NCBI RefSeq assembly: GCF_963506605.1
Contig: NC_083282.1
Coordinates: 47,430,001-47,494,000 of the forward strand
DNA length: 64,000 nucleotides
Direction: 5' to 3'
From: Zootoca vivipara
Lineage: Eukaryota
Within the stretch, counting starts at the first letter, position 1, and each line of letters begins with the position of its first letter. Under the pieces are notes generated by a model. That model was not told the origin of the DNA and ran no database searches. It was given only the letters and a program-made list of their open reading frames with translations. The position numbers were made by a program, and so were the translations under genes. Below are positions 1 through 13,611 of this stretch, piece after piece.

Positions 1-2781
1 GCCTTCTTCTGTCCACATGTACATACATCACAACACACAAATGTAAACACACCATGTGACAATCAATGTGTTTGTCACACATTATTTCCAGCACAGAAAT
101 CCAGAAATCTTTTCAGAAATAACAACAATGCTATTACCAGAATACTTCTATTACACATTATATACTCCACCCTTAGATTTGAATTGATCAGATTATCTCT
201 CTAATTATACTTGTGTGACCCTGACGGCTTGCAACTCTTTATTAACCTTTCTTAGATATGATGTTCTGTTGTCACTTTTCAGAAAACAGCTAATTATATT
301 CTGATGAAACACAGAAGACGTTGCTCTTCTGCTGTTTCATTTCGATACACATTCTCCATGCTGGCAGATACATCCCTCCTGAAGGTTGAACTATGTGTTA
401 TGAAGGAGCTATGTGAATCTACTGTACTGTATCTGTTTCTTTACATTTTTTCCAAGCAGCAGTTGCAAGGGACGGGATCTGGATTAGGATCACAGTATGG
501 GTTAACCCTTCCCAATGAAAAATCCACCCTACCCACCTCAGAAGCTATTTCCTGTGTTAGTAAGAAACACGTGAGCACACAGGCTTGAGTATAGCTTCAA
601 TGCACAAACTTAGCTAGAGAGCAGGGCTATAAATAATCAATTTGTGGCCTTTTGGGACTGGATGCACACAATAGCTTTTTCCAGGCTATGATGGTATGAG
701 ACAGACATGATGTGTCCACTCATTGCACTCTCTCTTATGAGGAAAAGGGATTCACAGGGCATTGCAGTGGTTTGAAACTCTGCAAGATTTATCTGAACAG
801 AGACAAAAGAAATGTACATGTAAACCCAAGCCAACAATGTCTGTATCACCCTATTTTCCTGTAACAACTGCATTCAGCCATGTGGTGGTTCTTTCTATCA
901 CCCAAGCATGTGTTTGTACCACAAATGGCAGCCAGAATGATCTCAAAACACTCATTGCCCATGGAATACCACTGGCTGGCATTACCAAAACTGCTTTCCT
1001 TCCAGTCTCTATTCACTGTGTTCCATGCCTGGATGGAAAAGGTTGGAGATGGTCAAGGAATTCAGTCTTTGTGAATACAGACTAACCTGATCTACACCTT
1101 CCAAACCAATCTGCAGATCAGAACTTAGTTACCTATCAGCTCTTCACGTTCTCCAAATGCTCTGTCACAGACCTTAACTCAGCAACAGCATTAAAGTATG
1201 TTTAAAGGTTTGAATTTTAAAAGAAAATATGTCTAAGGACCCCTGCAGATGTCCTTTTTATTTCATATTCATTTATTTCATTATTGGTGGTCATGATGCT
1301 GTTGGGGCTGTCTTGGCCTGCAGAAGTTTTGGGGTGGTCACACAGCTTCATTTCCAATCAGTGCATATCCTGCCACTGCCTGTTGAAATCGTGTGACTTT
1401 GTTCTAGTTCATTTTTGTCCTGCTTTTCCTGCGCTATAACCTTTCTGGACAGCAATAATGTGGTAGCACTGGGAAGCATCACTAAGAACAAACTAGGAAA
1501 TAGGGGGGGGGGAATCCACTACTGACACTATTTTTGTGTCCAGAACATGTTGCAGAATACACTCATGATGGAACTAGTATAGGAGGAGCCCTCAAATACG
1601 TACAGTATCTAGATGTGGAACTCCATCTAGTTTTTTAAAACTAAAACAACAACAACACACACATATATGAGAGATTAATGTGAAAATGGGATAGAAAGGA
1701 CTTATGAGTGAACTCATGCAAAAAAATGACACAGATCAGAAACTAACTGATTTGTCCATGGCTCACCATATGGCTAAGATTTTCCACTCTTAGCTGGGAG
1801 AGACAAAGAGAATGTTGCAGAAACAGCACATGGGGCTGCACATAACAGCATCTCTGAAAACGTTTAAATCCCAGACCCACCATTCTGGTGGCACCAGGGG
1901 TTCCTCACCCAGAGCCCAATTAAACAGGGCTGGCTACTGCTGAGGGTGGTCAACCTGATTAAAATACTGGTCCTGTTGGTAGCCAATGCAGCATCTGCAC
2001 ATGAAGGAATGCAGCACAACGAAGGTGGGTGTTCAGAGAGCTCTGAACAAGATTTCCCCCTTCGTATGCCATTCAAGGATTCTCCCAGTACCACCTGTAC
2101 CGTAATTGTTGGGTATTTTCATAGTGGTTCCCCAATTTGCTGAGTAGACAACAGGCTGACGCATCAGACTACCTACCCTTAATTGGCTATACGGTAATGA
2201 ATACCAGTATAATTCTAGAGAGGAGTGTAGCTTGTGGCTTCCTGTCCAGAAATTACCAGATGGGATGGCCATCCCTTTTTATTTAATTTCATAATTTTTA
2301 TGAAAACAAAAACAAAAAACCTAGAAGTGGTTTACAAAAAGAATAAAACAATAAAATTATCAATAAAACGGTTTTTAAAAAGATAATAAAACATTTAAAA
2401 AGTAATTAAAAACAATGATAACCTAAAAGCAGATTAAAATACATCAACCTTCTACCTTTCTGGACAGGCTTGTCTAAACAACGTATTTAACAGACACCAA
2501 AAAAAAGAGTACAGCGAAGGCACATGCCTGATATCGATAGGCAGGGAGTTCCAAAGATTGGGTGCTGCCACACTAAAAGACTGATTTCTTACAAATGCGG
2601 AACAAGTATTACTGGGTATGTTGCATCATTCTACTGACACTCCAATAGCAGTAAGTTGTACCTTCACATAGATCTGTAACTGCTAGCTCTGCAACCTTCT
2701 TCAAGTTCCATTCTTTCTGCCACCAAAACCAATAGCAAACCCACCTCCCACCAACCTGTTAAGGGGGAAAAGGGACTTTAC

Positions 2782-2830
2782 CTGCCAGATGCAAGAAGAG
2801 AGTTAAAACACAAAGCCTGCCCAGTCTCAT
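2782..2830 (-). CDS. TIE1: Probable first coding exon (signal peptide) of TIE1 receptor tyrosine kinase; rest of gene lies left of the window
   Basis: Seen: minus strand aagaaaATG then MRLGRLCVLTLFLHLA+G and donor CAG|GTAAAG; 49 nt, phase 1. Knowledge: TIE1 lies head-to-head with C1orf210 in human and starts with a short signal-peptide exon. Identity rests mainly on synteny. Confidence 0.6.
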
Positions 2831-3179
2831 TTTCTTGAGTATGCACAGTGTCAGGAGAGCTCAGACATCACGGATCCAGAAAAGGTAAAGCTGATGGGGG
2901 CATTTGCGTTGTTTTTCATTTGCAGAGTGCATCCTCTATGCCTGATGCTCCTGTGTCTTCCATTGCTTTGCATGGGTCAGAGTAGCTCGAAGGAAGTTCA
3001 CACACATCCCATGAGGAAGACAGATTCTGGTTCTCTGGTTTAGAAAATCCTGCTTTCTGAAGTGTGTATTACGAGCCTCAGGAAAAGAAACTCTGGCTGA
3101 GTTTCAGTCCACCTGCTTGGGAGTTCAGATTGTCAGCTCCAAGGCCCTTCCACCCATTCCAGCGCTTTGTTCACTGCCA

Positions 3180-3540
3180 CGTGTTGTTGCAGAAGAGATC
3201 AGGACCTGCCTGTTTCTTCCATGCTTGCTTGGAAAGCCTTCCTGGGGTGCTTCAGCCCTGGGGTACACAAACACGCACACACAAACCACCTCTGGGCAGT
3301 TCAGGAACTGATTAAGAGTGAGCATGGAATGGGCACAGCAAGAGCTGCGAGTCAGTGGGAAGAGCTTTCTTGGCTGGGATTCAGCCAGAGCAGGAATGGA
3401 GTTTGTTGGGGGAGGGATGCTTAGAGGCCCTCACAGACAGCACAGCAATGACATGAAATCCTGTTTCCCATGCACCATTTCCTGCTCTCCACCCATTGTT
3501 CCTTGCCTGTCTCTTGCTCCTGCAGGAGGAAGCAATGCAC
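3180..3540 (-). promoter_or_regulatory. Candidate TIE1 promoter region with clustered ETS cores (GGAA/TTCC)
   Basis: Several TTCCTG/CAGGAA/GGAAG motifs (e.g. atttcctg ~3477, ggaggaag ~3524) and a CA-rich tract 350-700 bp upstream of the putative TIE1 ATG. Mammalian TIE1 promoters are ETS-driven. Inference. Confidence 0.3.
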
Positions 3541-3879
3541 TGGGAGGTTGTTGCGCTGAGCTGCCAACGGAAAGAGGCTTGAAATGAAGAGACACTCCAC
3601 TGGTGTCCAGGGTTCAAGAAACTCCCTTTAGCCATGTTTTCTAAATCCAAGGCTAAGGAACAAGCCGGTCCCTGTCTGGGAGAGATGTGGTTTTCTTTCT
3701 GCCTCTTTTGATGCTAATCAGGAACAACAGTTTACTGTTGCTGAGGAAAGACGGTATAATGGAGTCCTGAAGTTGATTAATCCAGGGGAACTGTCCGCCT
3801 CTGGAAGTCTGTGCATGGCTGTGATTACAGCAGTGCTATGCAACTTTTTTACACACTACAGGAAATCAGAGACATGCAG

Positions 3880-4039
3880 ATAATAATAATAATAATAATT
3901 TTTATTATTATTTATTATTATTTATACCCCGCCCATCTGGCTGGGTTTCCCCAGCCACTCTGGGCGGCTTCCAACAGAAAAATAAAATAAAATAATCTAT
4001 TAAACATTAAAAAGCCTCCCTAAACAGGGCTGCCTTCAG
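3880..4039 (-). mobile_element. L2-clade LINE 3' end with (TAA)n tail
   Basis: Close to the reverse complement of 6705-6881 (tttatacccc gcccatctgg ctgggtttcc ccagccactc tgggcggctt ccaac). Confidence 0.75.
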
Positions 4040-6393
4040 GTCACAATGGATGGGCGGTACTGCCTTATGTTCTAGCCCATCTTGTTTTACACAACCATCA
4101 TTTGTGGATCAGCCAGGTTCACTCATGTACCACAGAGTTATCAACGGGGAGAGGGGGGTGCATGCACCCTCTTCTGTGCCAAGTCAAACGAACCTGTTAA
4201 AGATGTAGTTCCCCAACACTCTGAGGGTCAATTCACATGACCAAATACCTATGATGTCAATGTGATCTAAACAGAGGTCAGTACTTGCTGAAGGTTTTAT
4301 AGGATGATGATAATGGCGACGATGATTTTGTGGAATTCCCTCCTCAGAGAGATGTGTCTGGTAACTTCACTACACAGCTTTCTGCAAATGCTGAAGACAC
4401 ACCTTTGAAACCTGTGATGTTTCTGTGACTAATTTTTTTAACTTTTAAAAATACTGAATTTTAAGTTATTGTAACCCATTCTGGTACTTGCTGGTGAAGG
4501 GCAGGTAATAAATCATCACATCATCATCATCATCAACATCATCATCCCATCCTTCCTCCTGAAGGAGATCCAAAGTAGCAACAGCAAATTATAAAATTAA
4601 AAAAAACCTTTAAAAGTATTTAAAACATATATTACCACAGTCTGGAAACACTGCTCCAGATGACCTTGGGTTCAAGTAAAGCAGTAACTGAAATTAATAT
4701 AACCACCTATGTTCCATACTGTGAGTCCAGCAACACATTGGTGGGAAAAGGCAGGCTGCATCCTTTTCTTTGGGCTGATGGAAACAAAATGGAAGGGTGG
4801 GGCAATGAATGGCACCCAGTGAAACATCATCACACATGTAAAAAAACAACAACATATGGTAACATATGATTCTATGTTGAATTTCATTCCCTTATTGGAT
4901 TAGTCACAGATCAGTAAAATCTGGATTTCACAAGAGGGGGGGTGAGGGTTACTACTTGGGTAAGGATGGTATTGTGTGGATGCAACACACATACAAAATA
5001 TAAAGACACAAGCAGCTTTGAATCCAGAATAAACTCCAGTGTGGATGAGCCCATTATTTGGTAAATATCCCCATTTATGGTTGAAGCCTTGTGGGCAAAC
5101 TTACTATACTTGTAATCTTGTGAAATAATATTGAGCTTAACTTTCCTCTTTTGTGACCTGTATTTCTGCTTCTGTTTAACCCTTACATGTGTGACATGAC
5201 TGCTTCGGACTGTTCTCAAAGCTGCACATATACACAGATCACAACATGTGAAATGGTGCGTGAATGCAGCTGGATTTATGTATGTGTTCATGCAAAATAG
5301 GATGAAAATTTGCATGTGTGTCCTGGGGCTGGTAAAATGCTACATGGAGCCTAAACATGGTTGCTTGCATTTACAGGGTTGAGGAAGGGTTACTTCCTTA
5401 TGTTTACCCTCCTAGTGCATAATGTTGCTCTGTGGGACCCTTTTTTGTTTGTTAGCCTACACAGGATTAAGCTTGGGCCAGGAGGGTGGGAGGAGCTAGA
5501 CAGAGAACAATAGCAGTCGCCTGTTTGGGTAAATAAATATGCTTGGGAGGAAGTCTATAATGTAGCTGCCAAACCACCTTTCCTTTTCTACCCACCTTCC
5601 ACCTCCACACTTAAAATGCCCCTGTATCAGCAACACAGTCAGGGGCACAGCTTATTTCAAGTGTTGCCCAGAAGATGTGTCCCACTCTGGGTTACACAAT
5701 GTTAACGTACATGGACGCAGAATTGTAAATATGCAAGTATAACCCACTGACTTCAGTTTTCAAAAGTTCTGGAAGCAAGCACCAATTCACGTGTTCGTAC
5801 AGTGAAATCAGAAATCACATGAATCCCATCACGTACATTGTCGTGTGTGGTGAACTCGCATGGAAGGGTTTATGTGCTGAGGAACTGTGAAACAGGTGAA
5901 GTGGTCCTACGTTGCATTGCATCATGTGGACAGTGCCTCAGGGCTGACGTCCCAGATACTTTCTTAGAGTTGGCTGTGAAACCTAGCTCTTGACTCTAGG
6001 CTGAGAAGTGTGACCATAGTTCAGAACAATTCCCCAGCAAAATTTAAGGCCACTTGGAAGAAAGGGAGAAGGGGCTAGGAGGCCTGACAGAAAGTCTGAG
6101 AGCACTCTTTATCCTGCTGATAATCTAAAGCAAGCCAGGCCAGGAAGAGGAAAGCCATTCACTGTTTCCGACTATTGACGTGGAGCTCAGGAAAGCGGGT
6201 GCCCCTGCAGAGCACTGGGTGGGTGAATCACAGCAGGTCTGGGCTCCCTCTCACCAGAGCCAGTGTTGCCAGCTGCCTGGGGAGGAGTGCCAAAACAACT
6301 CAGCTGTGCTCCCTGCGTGGGGCATAGCACCACACTCTTTAAAGAATGGGCCACATGACCAAGAGAAATAAGCAACTGAAACAAACAGCGAGA

Positions 6394-6830
6394 GAGACAG
6401 TACACCGGTCCTGAAAGAACTACATTGGCTCCCAGTACGTTTCCGAGCACAGTTCAAAGTGTTGGTGCTGACCTTTAAAGCCCTAAACGGCCTCGGTCCA
6501 GTATACCTGAAGGAGCGTCTCCACCCCATCGTTCTGCCCGGACACTGAGGTCCAGCACTGAGGGCCTTCTGGCGGTTCCTTCGCTACGAGAAGCCAAGTT
6601 ACAGGGGACCAGGCAGAGGGCCTTCTCGGTAGTGGCACCCACCCTGTGGAATGCCCTCCCACCAGAGATCAAAGAGAATAACAATTACCAGACCTTTAGA
6701 AGGCATCTTAAGGCAGCCCTGTTTAGAGAAGCTTTTAATGTTTGATGGATTTCTGTATTTTAATATTTTGTTGAAAGCTGCCCAGAGTGGCTGGGGGAAC
6801 CCGGCCAGATGGGCGGGGTATAAATAATAA

Positions 6831-6881
<51 letters not shown>
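6394..6881 (+). mobile_element. 5'-truncated L2-clade LINE (ORF2 C-terminus, 3'UTR, (TTA)n tail)
   Basis: Translates TPVLKELHWLPVRFRAQFKVLVLTFKALNGLGPVYLKERL, the typical L2 ORF2 C-terminal HWLP motif; ends in a long (TTA)n microsatellite. Confidence 0.85.
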
Positions 6882-6882
<1 letters not shown>

Positions 6883-6903
6883 CTAACATGAGGCACACTC
6901 CAG

Positions 6904-7307
6904 CAGTGGTGTAAGAAGGGGGTTGCAGTGGGTGTGGGCCGCCCCAGGTGTCATCACTGAGGGGGTGAAAAAATGGCAAAAATATGTGTTCTTAAAATCT
7001 AAAAAAAACCTCCTGCACCCACCACACACCTCTTCCTACGCCACTGGTAGCTAGGTGAGGCGGGGGACACTGGGTGCCACACTGTGGGGCCTGCAGCGTG
7101 TGTGAGCCACGCGTCTCTCCTGAGGTGGAGGCAGCGGGCGGACTGCCTGCAAGCTCTGCACTGCTTTTCGAGTAGCACAGGGCTTGCGGCTGCCCACCAC
7201 GCCCTACAGCTGAGGGGGAGGCTGCAGAGGGAGGCCTGCCTTGGCTTGCCCCTGGCTGCAGGATGCACGCACTGCACCGGGCACCTGAGTGGCTAGCTAC
7301 GCCACTG
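6904..7307. mobile_element. Composite/nested hAT-type MITE(s) with CAGTGGYGTA termini
   Basis: Left end cagtggtgta at 6904; right-type ends tacgccactg finishing at 7046 and 7307; flanking 8-mers cactccag/caccccag (TSD, 1 mismatch). Confidence 0.6.
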
Positions 7308-8245
7308 CACCCCAGTGCATGATTACCTGGGGAATAAATACCATAGGGTTGTGGTGGTGGGCATAGTGTGCATAAAAATGTAGCTTAAGTAGCATTTGAA
7401 AGTTAGAAGGTATTTAGTTAAAACAGAACCCCTTAAGTTCAAAGCAGGAGGACCGGGATTGAGGGTATTTCCAGATGGGAAGTTAATATTGTAAACGTGT
7501 CATTGAGATATTGCAAACAGATTTCTGGGAACTGTTTTTTGTTTTGTTTTTGTTTTGACTTATTAGAATTTGTCTAGAAAGGGTAAATGAAATGGGGAAA
7601 GAAATACAGGCTGGCATTTTGGGGCCAACAGTATGTGGATTCTAAGGATTGTTTGGCAAATTGTATATATTAGGCTAAACTTCATCCAAAAATGTGTTTA
7701 TTAGAATAAATTTGTACTAAAATGCTGGCAAGCTTTTATATATTTTTTCCATTGAAAATTGCAGTGGTAATGTGGAGTAGTGAATTTAAGACTGGAAAAT
7801 AGCCACTGAGAGAAACAAATTTGACATTCTTCATCCCAAGATGCAGAAAACTTGCATGCATGAGGAGCACTGATGCCCCAACAAGTCCCTGTCTGGAAGC
7901 ACCTTCAGTCTCTGAACAATTCAAGCTGAGGTTTTTTGGAACAAAGAAGACAGTATAGACAGGAACTACAATAACTAATCTGTCTGAACTTGCTGATGTG
8001 ATCAGAATAAGCACTCCTTCCCCGAAACAAAAATTGTCAACAACACACAGGAAAAAACATCAGGAAATACAAAGAAACTGGATTGCAATGGATATTTTTG
8101 CCCTTCCAAGTCAATGAGATGTTAAAGATAAGTAATTAATCTTAATGAGTAAGCAAGGTTATTATGTCAGCAGAACTGGAGATACAGAAAGCACACCAGA
8201 TGAGGTGCAGGTTCATGTCAAATCTGATAGTATTTGGTGGATGAT

Positions 8246-8448
8246 AAAAGACCCTGATGTTGGGAAAGATTGAGGGCACTAGGAGAAGGGGACGACAGAG
8301 GACAAGATGGTTGGACAGTGTTCTCGAAGCTATGAACATGAGTTTGACCAAACTGCGGGAGGCAGTGCAAGACAGGAGTGCCTGGCGTGCTCTGGTCCAT
8401 GGGGTCACGAAGAGTCGGACACGACTAAACGACTAAACAACAACAACA
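8246..8448 (+). mobile_element. BovB (RTE LINE) 3' fragment
   Basis: aagaccctgatgttgggaaagattgagggc...ccatggggtcacgaagagtcggacacgactaaacgactaaac(aac)n is the characteristic BovB 3' end. Confidence 0.9.
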
Positions 8449-9538
8449 AAAGAGCCATGCTTTAAAAAAAAGAAAAAGAGCAGCAGCTTTAAATACCTCA
8501 AAACTGGAGTGGGAGGCAGATGCACCATGTGCCATGAGTTGGTATTGTTGGGCGCCAGAAAAGGTCTACACCCCAACAGGGAGCTCACTGCTATCCCATG
8601 GAGACCCCTAGCTCTATCCCCTTCCTCCTTCCTATTGCTGCTGCCTGTTCAGTCTGCCTTCACTTACCTTCTTCCTATGTGTGCTTGTGTGGATTGGGTC
8701 CAATGGGAGACAGCAAGTAAATGGGTGGTGCCAACAGCATTAAGGAACAGGTGGTCCTGTTACATTCCAGTCTATGAAGATGTGGAAAAAATCAATTGTT
8801 TACTTTCTTACAGAACTATTCAAAAGTCTTAGAACACCTTCTCTACTACCCCCCCCCGAGTCCCCCCTTCCCCAAAGTTCTACCTGGTTTTCACTTACAG
8901 GGGAAATAACATATTAACAAACATATTAACTAACAAATCTTAGATTAAGGTAACTCTCAATCTCAGATTACCTTTCACAGGCCCACTCAGGGAGGCGGGG
9001 CACTGAAGGCATCTTGCCTAAGGGAACCCCAAAACATGGGGCCAGCGCTGCAAAGAAATTTAAATGAGTTCATTGCATTACTGTACACTGCAGAAATTGG
9101 TGGACAGATTCCATCTGAAGCTTTTTCTGTGAGGGTACCTGGAGATGTTGAATACAAGCAACAGGAGATTTTGTTCAAGTCCAGGGTAACTGACAAATCA
9201 GTTAAAGATTAACAAGTTCAAACAATATACATCCAAATTCTTAAAAAAAACTCAAATGCAAAATTCATCTTCCAACAAAAAGATGGGGCAATTGGGGCAT
9301 GCCACTAAAATAGACATTCCTATAAGAGAAGAGGAAGGTGGTCAAACTAACACCAATGTTTTAAAAAGGGCAGAGGGGAAAGGACAGAAAATATTAAGCC
9401 TCTTAGCCTAATATTTGTTTTAGGTAAACTGGAATAAAGCACTGTTAGATCATTAAATATATAGAAGAACAAATCATAGTGGATAAATTAAGAAATTCAT
9501 AAATATGAGAAAAATTAAGACAATTGAAAAATCCTTCT

Positions 9539-11422
9539 TTTTTTAATAATAATTTTTATTAGTTTTGTATAAACAAAGACAAAGACACACATAGAAAACA
9601 AACAAATAAATTTTTCAAATCTTATTTCTTAACATTGTATTTGTGACTTCCTTGAATCTCTTCTTCCTGATGTTCTTAGTATCTTAAACTAAATTATGGC
9701 GGATTTTCTAATCTTAACTCAAAATCTTTTCCTTAAAGTATCACTTTAACCTCCTCCTCCTTCTTGCCCAATCACCCGGGTCCCCTCCTGCCACGAGAGG
9801 AGCCCGTGAGATGCGGCCTTCCAAAAGAGATCCATTTTTGTGTCTGGGTTTCCCTCCCCCCCTCCTCCACCCTCAGAGCACCCCCTGCCACCAGGTGCTT
9901 CCGAGTAAAGAGAGGGAGAGAGGTAGCTCTCTGCCCAGACACCTATCTAAACATAACAATAATTATTACAAATCTAAATTTTCCTTCCCCAACCATTCTT
10001 CTTTCTCCCTCCAGAAAATTCAATAATTATATACAGTCATTTTTCTAGTCAGAATCTTAACATTTACTTTTAAACACTCTCCTTCCCCTCCCCCAATGTC
10101 ATTCCCCCAATTGAACCAACATTTCCTTTAACATGCCAAAATTTCAGAGACCGTTGTTCAGCCAACCTGAGTACCTTTTAACTAAAAATTTTATCCCACC
10201 CCCCGTCTTTCCCATTTCCCCTTCTAGGCCTCTGCCCCCCCCTCCTTCTGCATTTCCCACTCCTCCATCTTCCCACTCCAAGTTTCAGTCCCTCCAGGGT
10301 TTCTCTTTTCTTGCTTCTTCATTTCATTTTGTTGTTCATTGGCCTCATCTTCTTTCTTTTCAAATCCTTGTTGTGCCTCATCCAGCTCCTGTTTTTTATA
10401 ATCCAACTCAGTTTTGTCATTGCCTCTGTTTCTGACTCATTAATCTTGATCTGACAGTCAAAATTGTCCTTTGAGTCCTGCTCTTGTAGCATAATTTCTG
10501 TACATGATGAGCTGAAATGTTGCAATGTCTTCTGGGTGTCTTTCAGTATTTGCAGATAGTCTAACACTGCCTCCTGGAAGGCCAGGGCATAAGTTGTTTT
10601 CATTCTTGCTCTTAACCGCAAGCAGGCAGGAGATTAGGAGACAAAAGGCACTAGAAATTTCCTTCCTACTACACGATCGCCTCCATCTTGGCTGTCCTTT
10701 CCCATTGTTTTTAACTTGTCCATATATCAAATCCCATCAAATCCCAGTTCAGGTTAACTTAACTTTAAATTCTTCTTGTGATAAATTGTAGTGTTGCACA
10801 GCAGTTCAATATAATTGTCTGGTCTTTTAACAGTTTTGACAGCTTTTGACAGCTGTCAAAGCGCTTTCCCCCCAGCAATCTTGCTGGTCCTCAAGGGGTG
10901 CCGACTCCGGGAGACTGAGAAGGGCTGCCAAAATCTTCCTTTCTCTCGGGTTTCCCAATCATTCAGATTCCCTTTCGGCTTAGGGATAAGTGTTGCGCCT
11001 CTTCATTGATCATTAGGAAGAGATCGACTTCCATTTTTTAAATCTCCTCCTTCCCCCCCCCAAATTACGCCAAATTTATCTCAAAGTCCAATTGAAGATT
11101 CCACTTACTTTTTCCTTTAATTTTCTTTGGAAGAATCCACAGCTAACAGGCAGAAGACTCGAGGCTTCGCTTCTCGGAGGTAAGCTGACGTCCAAAATGG
11201 CTCCCGCGACTCTCCACTCCGCTGGCTCACAGGGGCTCTATTGATTCCCTGGGCAGCGGAGGAATCGCGGTCCGGAGCTCTGCTGGACCTGCGCCCCCAG
11301 GACGCTCTTCCCGGGGTTCTTTTGGGGAATCCGCTCGCCCTGCGGATTCCCCCCCCCCGCGATGCCAGGGACCTCGGAGCTCGATGTCACTGCGTCCTCT
11401 CGCCGGCGCTGCAGACCGGAAG
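9539..11422 (-). mobile_element. ~1.9 kb non-autonomous L1-like retroelement (CpG-rich 5' end, broken coiled-coil ORF, A-rich tail, no RT recognised)
   Basis: T-rich tail on + at ~9539; CpG-rich head 11160-11420 beginning CTTCCGG on the minus strand; overlapping Glu/Lys/Gln-rich minus ORFs 10224-10730; tccttct at 9532-9538 and 11423-11429 is a possible TSD. Confidence 0.6.
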
Positions 11423-13611
11423 TCCTTCTAAGAGCTCCTGCAGGCAATCTATTTATTGAGCATTTACCCTGAATTGATTGTGGGGTGTTTACACAACTTT
11501 TCAATGCATCTCTACATCACTTTCCTAGCCATAAAAATACTGTAATTTCTTTTCAAAAGTTGATTTGTTGTGCTAGGGCAACAGAGCACATTATACTTAA
11601 ATTTTCATGTATCCATTTGATTTCATCCTGCAGACTACTGCCCGTCTGGAGATGTTCTGAATGGCCACTTCCCTAGCAGACAGGCAAAGCTATTCTTCCC
11701 CCCTCTCTCCTTGACACCTTATCTCTGATACTGAAATTAATTGTTTCTCTAGGTAAGGTGCCTGCAAATTAACCACCCATTTAGCTTACATAATGACAGT
11801 TTTAGTTTGCCTCATTTATTTGCTGCCTTCAGGGTTGTTGGGTTGGGGTTTTTTTTTGTAAATGGGACTTAATACGAATGTTCACTAACTGAGAAGTTAT
11901 CTTATTTTCTGAGCAATATCTTATCTACAATATGTGAATAATCTGATTGGAGCTTCCCTCCTGGGTTAATATGGGCTTCAGGGTGGGAATTATTTTTGTC
12001 AGGATGGGGAAAGCGCAAAAACACCCTTCCCTACTCTTCTAATACTGTTCAGGGGTACAGGACCTCAGCAGGTATTTAAGCATGAAAAACTGTGCATATT
12101 AATTGCTTTGACACAATTAACTTCATGTGGAGTTCAGCCCTAAGTTTCACTGAAATAGACACGGGTACCAGAAGTGATGCTTAGACCAGCCTCAGCCTTG
12201 GGGCCTGTCTTGCCCTCTGGACTCTCTCCAGACCACACCTCTCACCCGCTCTGCTTCATGCCCTCCTTGAGTTTCTTGCTTTCCTGCAATGTGTCCTTGA
12301 ACTCTAATGTGTGTTTTGCATTTGCACTTATGTGTAACCAACAGTACAGGAAAGGCTCAGGCTCATTTTTTTAATGTCATGTGCAAAAATGCTCAACAGT
12401 CAGCAGAACAGGCATCTGCTGGGTTAATCCCTTAATAAGCACCACTCCTTTCTTTCCCTTTGGAGAACACTTCTGTGTAAACATAGGGGCAGCTGCCCTG
12501 AAAACATAGTTTTGCAAAACCTGCTTGCAGTCTGACAACAATAGCGGCAAAGGCAGGAACTGACCTCTCCTTGACCTAAGTCCAGATTAAGACACAGAAG
12601 GAATCTCAGGGTCTCTCTGGCAGAGTACACACATTTGCCTACGTATCTGAAGGCTAAACTCCAAGGAATAAATGAACAGGAATTGCTTCTCATCATCAAG
12701 AAGGCTGCTGCTATAACAACAAAGCAGAAACTGAAATATCTTGCTTGACTGGTTATTATGAGCTGTGTATAGTCACAAAAGCCACATAATGGAGAGGAAC
12801 TACAAATGGTGCAGTGGGAAGGGAGGAGGGAGGCTTGCTGAAGCAGGCAGTTTTTGCATCTCTCCAGGTTGTATAATTTTTAGCCATTCCTCACAAAGCC
12901 AAATTGCTGGGTGCTTCCAGACAGGAATTTATTGTGAGATATGTGCTGAAACTGGTGCTGCTCATGTTTTCACACACACCCCAGAGCCACACACCATCCT
13001 CAAAATGCTAGCTTGTACTTTTAAAACCTTTGATCCAGATTTCCATTTGCCATGGAAAATCCAATAAATAAAAACAACCCAATAAAATCTGCGCTCACTG
13101 CCGCCGCAGCTAAATACCATCAGCACACGTTTTTGGGGTGTGGCTTGTCACATGTGCAGTGACATTTTGGTGGGTAGTCTCTATCCTCACACGCAGCGCC
13201 AGCTAGATCAGGGTGGCAGTGTGGAGTTGACCTCCCTGCAGCGATGCCACTACCACACACTAGACAGGGACGGGAGAAGGTGGTGGTGAGGGTGTGAGAG
13301 TGTTCCTATAGTGTGTCCATGCTGCCCTGAACTCGGCTCCACCCTACAGCATCTTTCCAGCCCTGGTAAGTGGCAGTGATGCTGCTGCCAGTAGGCCACT
13401 GCTGCAGTGCCAGGGTGCCCCACCAGCACCCCCAACCACATTCCTACTTCAGTTTGCTCCTAAGCACACACTAGCCACTTTGTTTCTGGTGGCCCAGACA
13501 AAATGAGCATTTCCAGCAACTGCTGCATGCTGAAAGTACTTCTGAAATTTAAACAACCTAGTTTGTAGGAGCTATCCCCATGCAGCCCATGTGAGTGATT
13601 ATATCATACAT

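Noticed and set aside
6599-6979. ORF with poly-Ile run
   Set aside because: Translation of the L2 (TTA)n tail.
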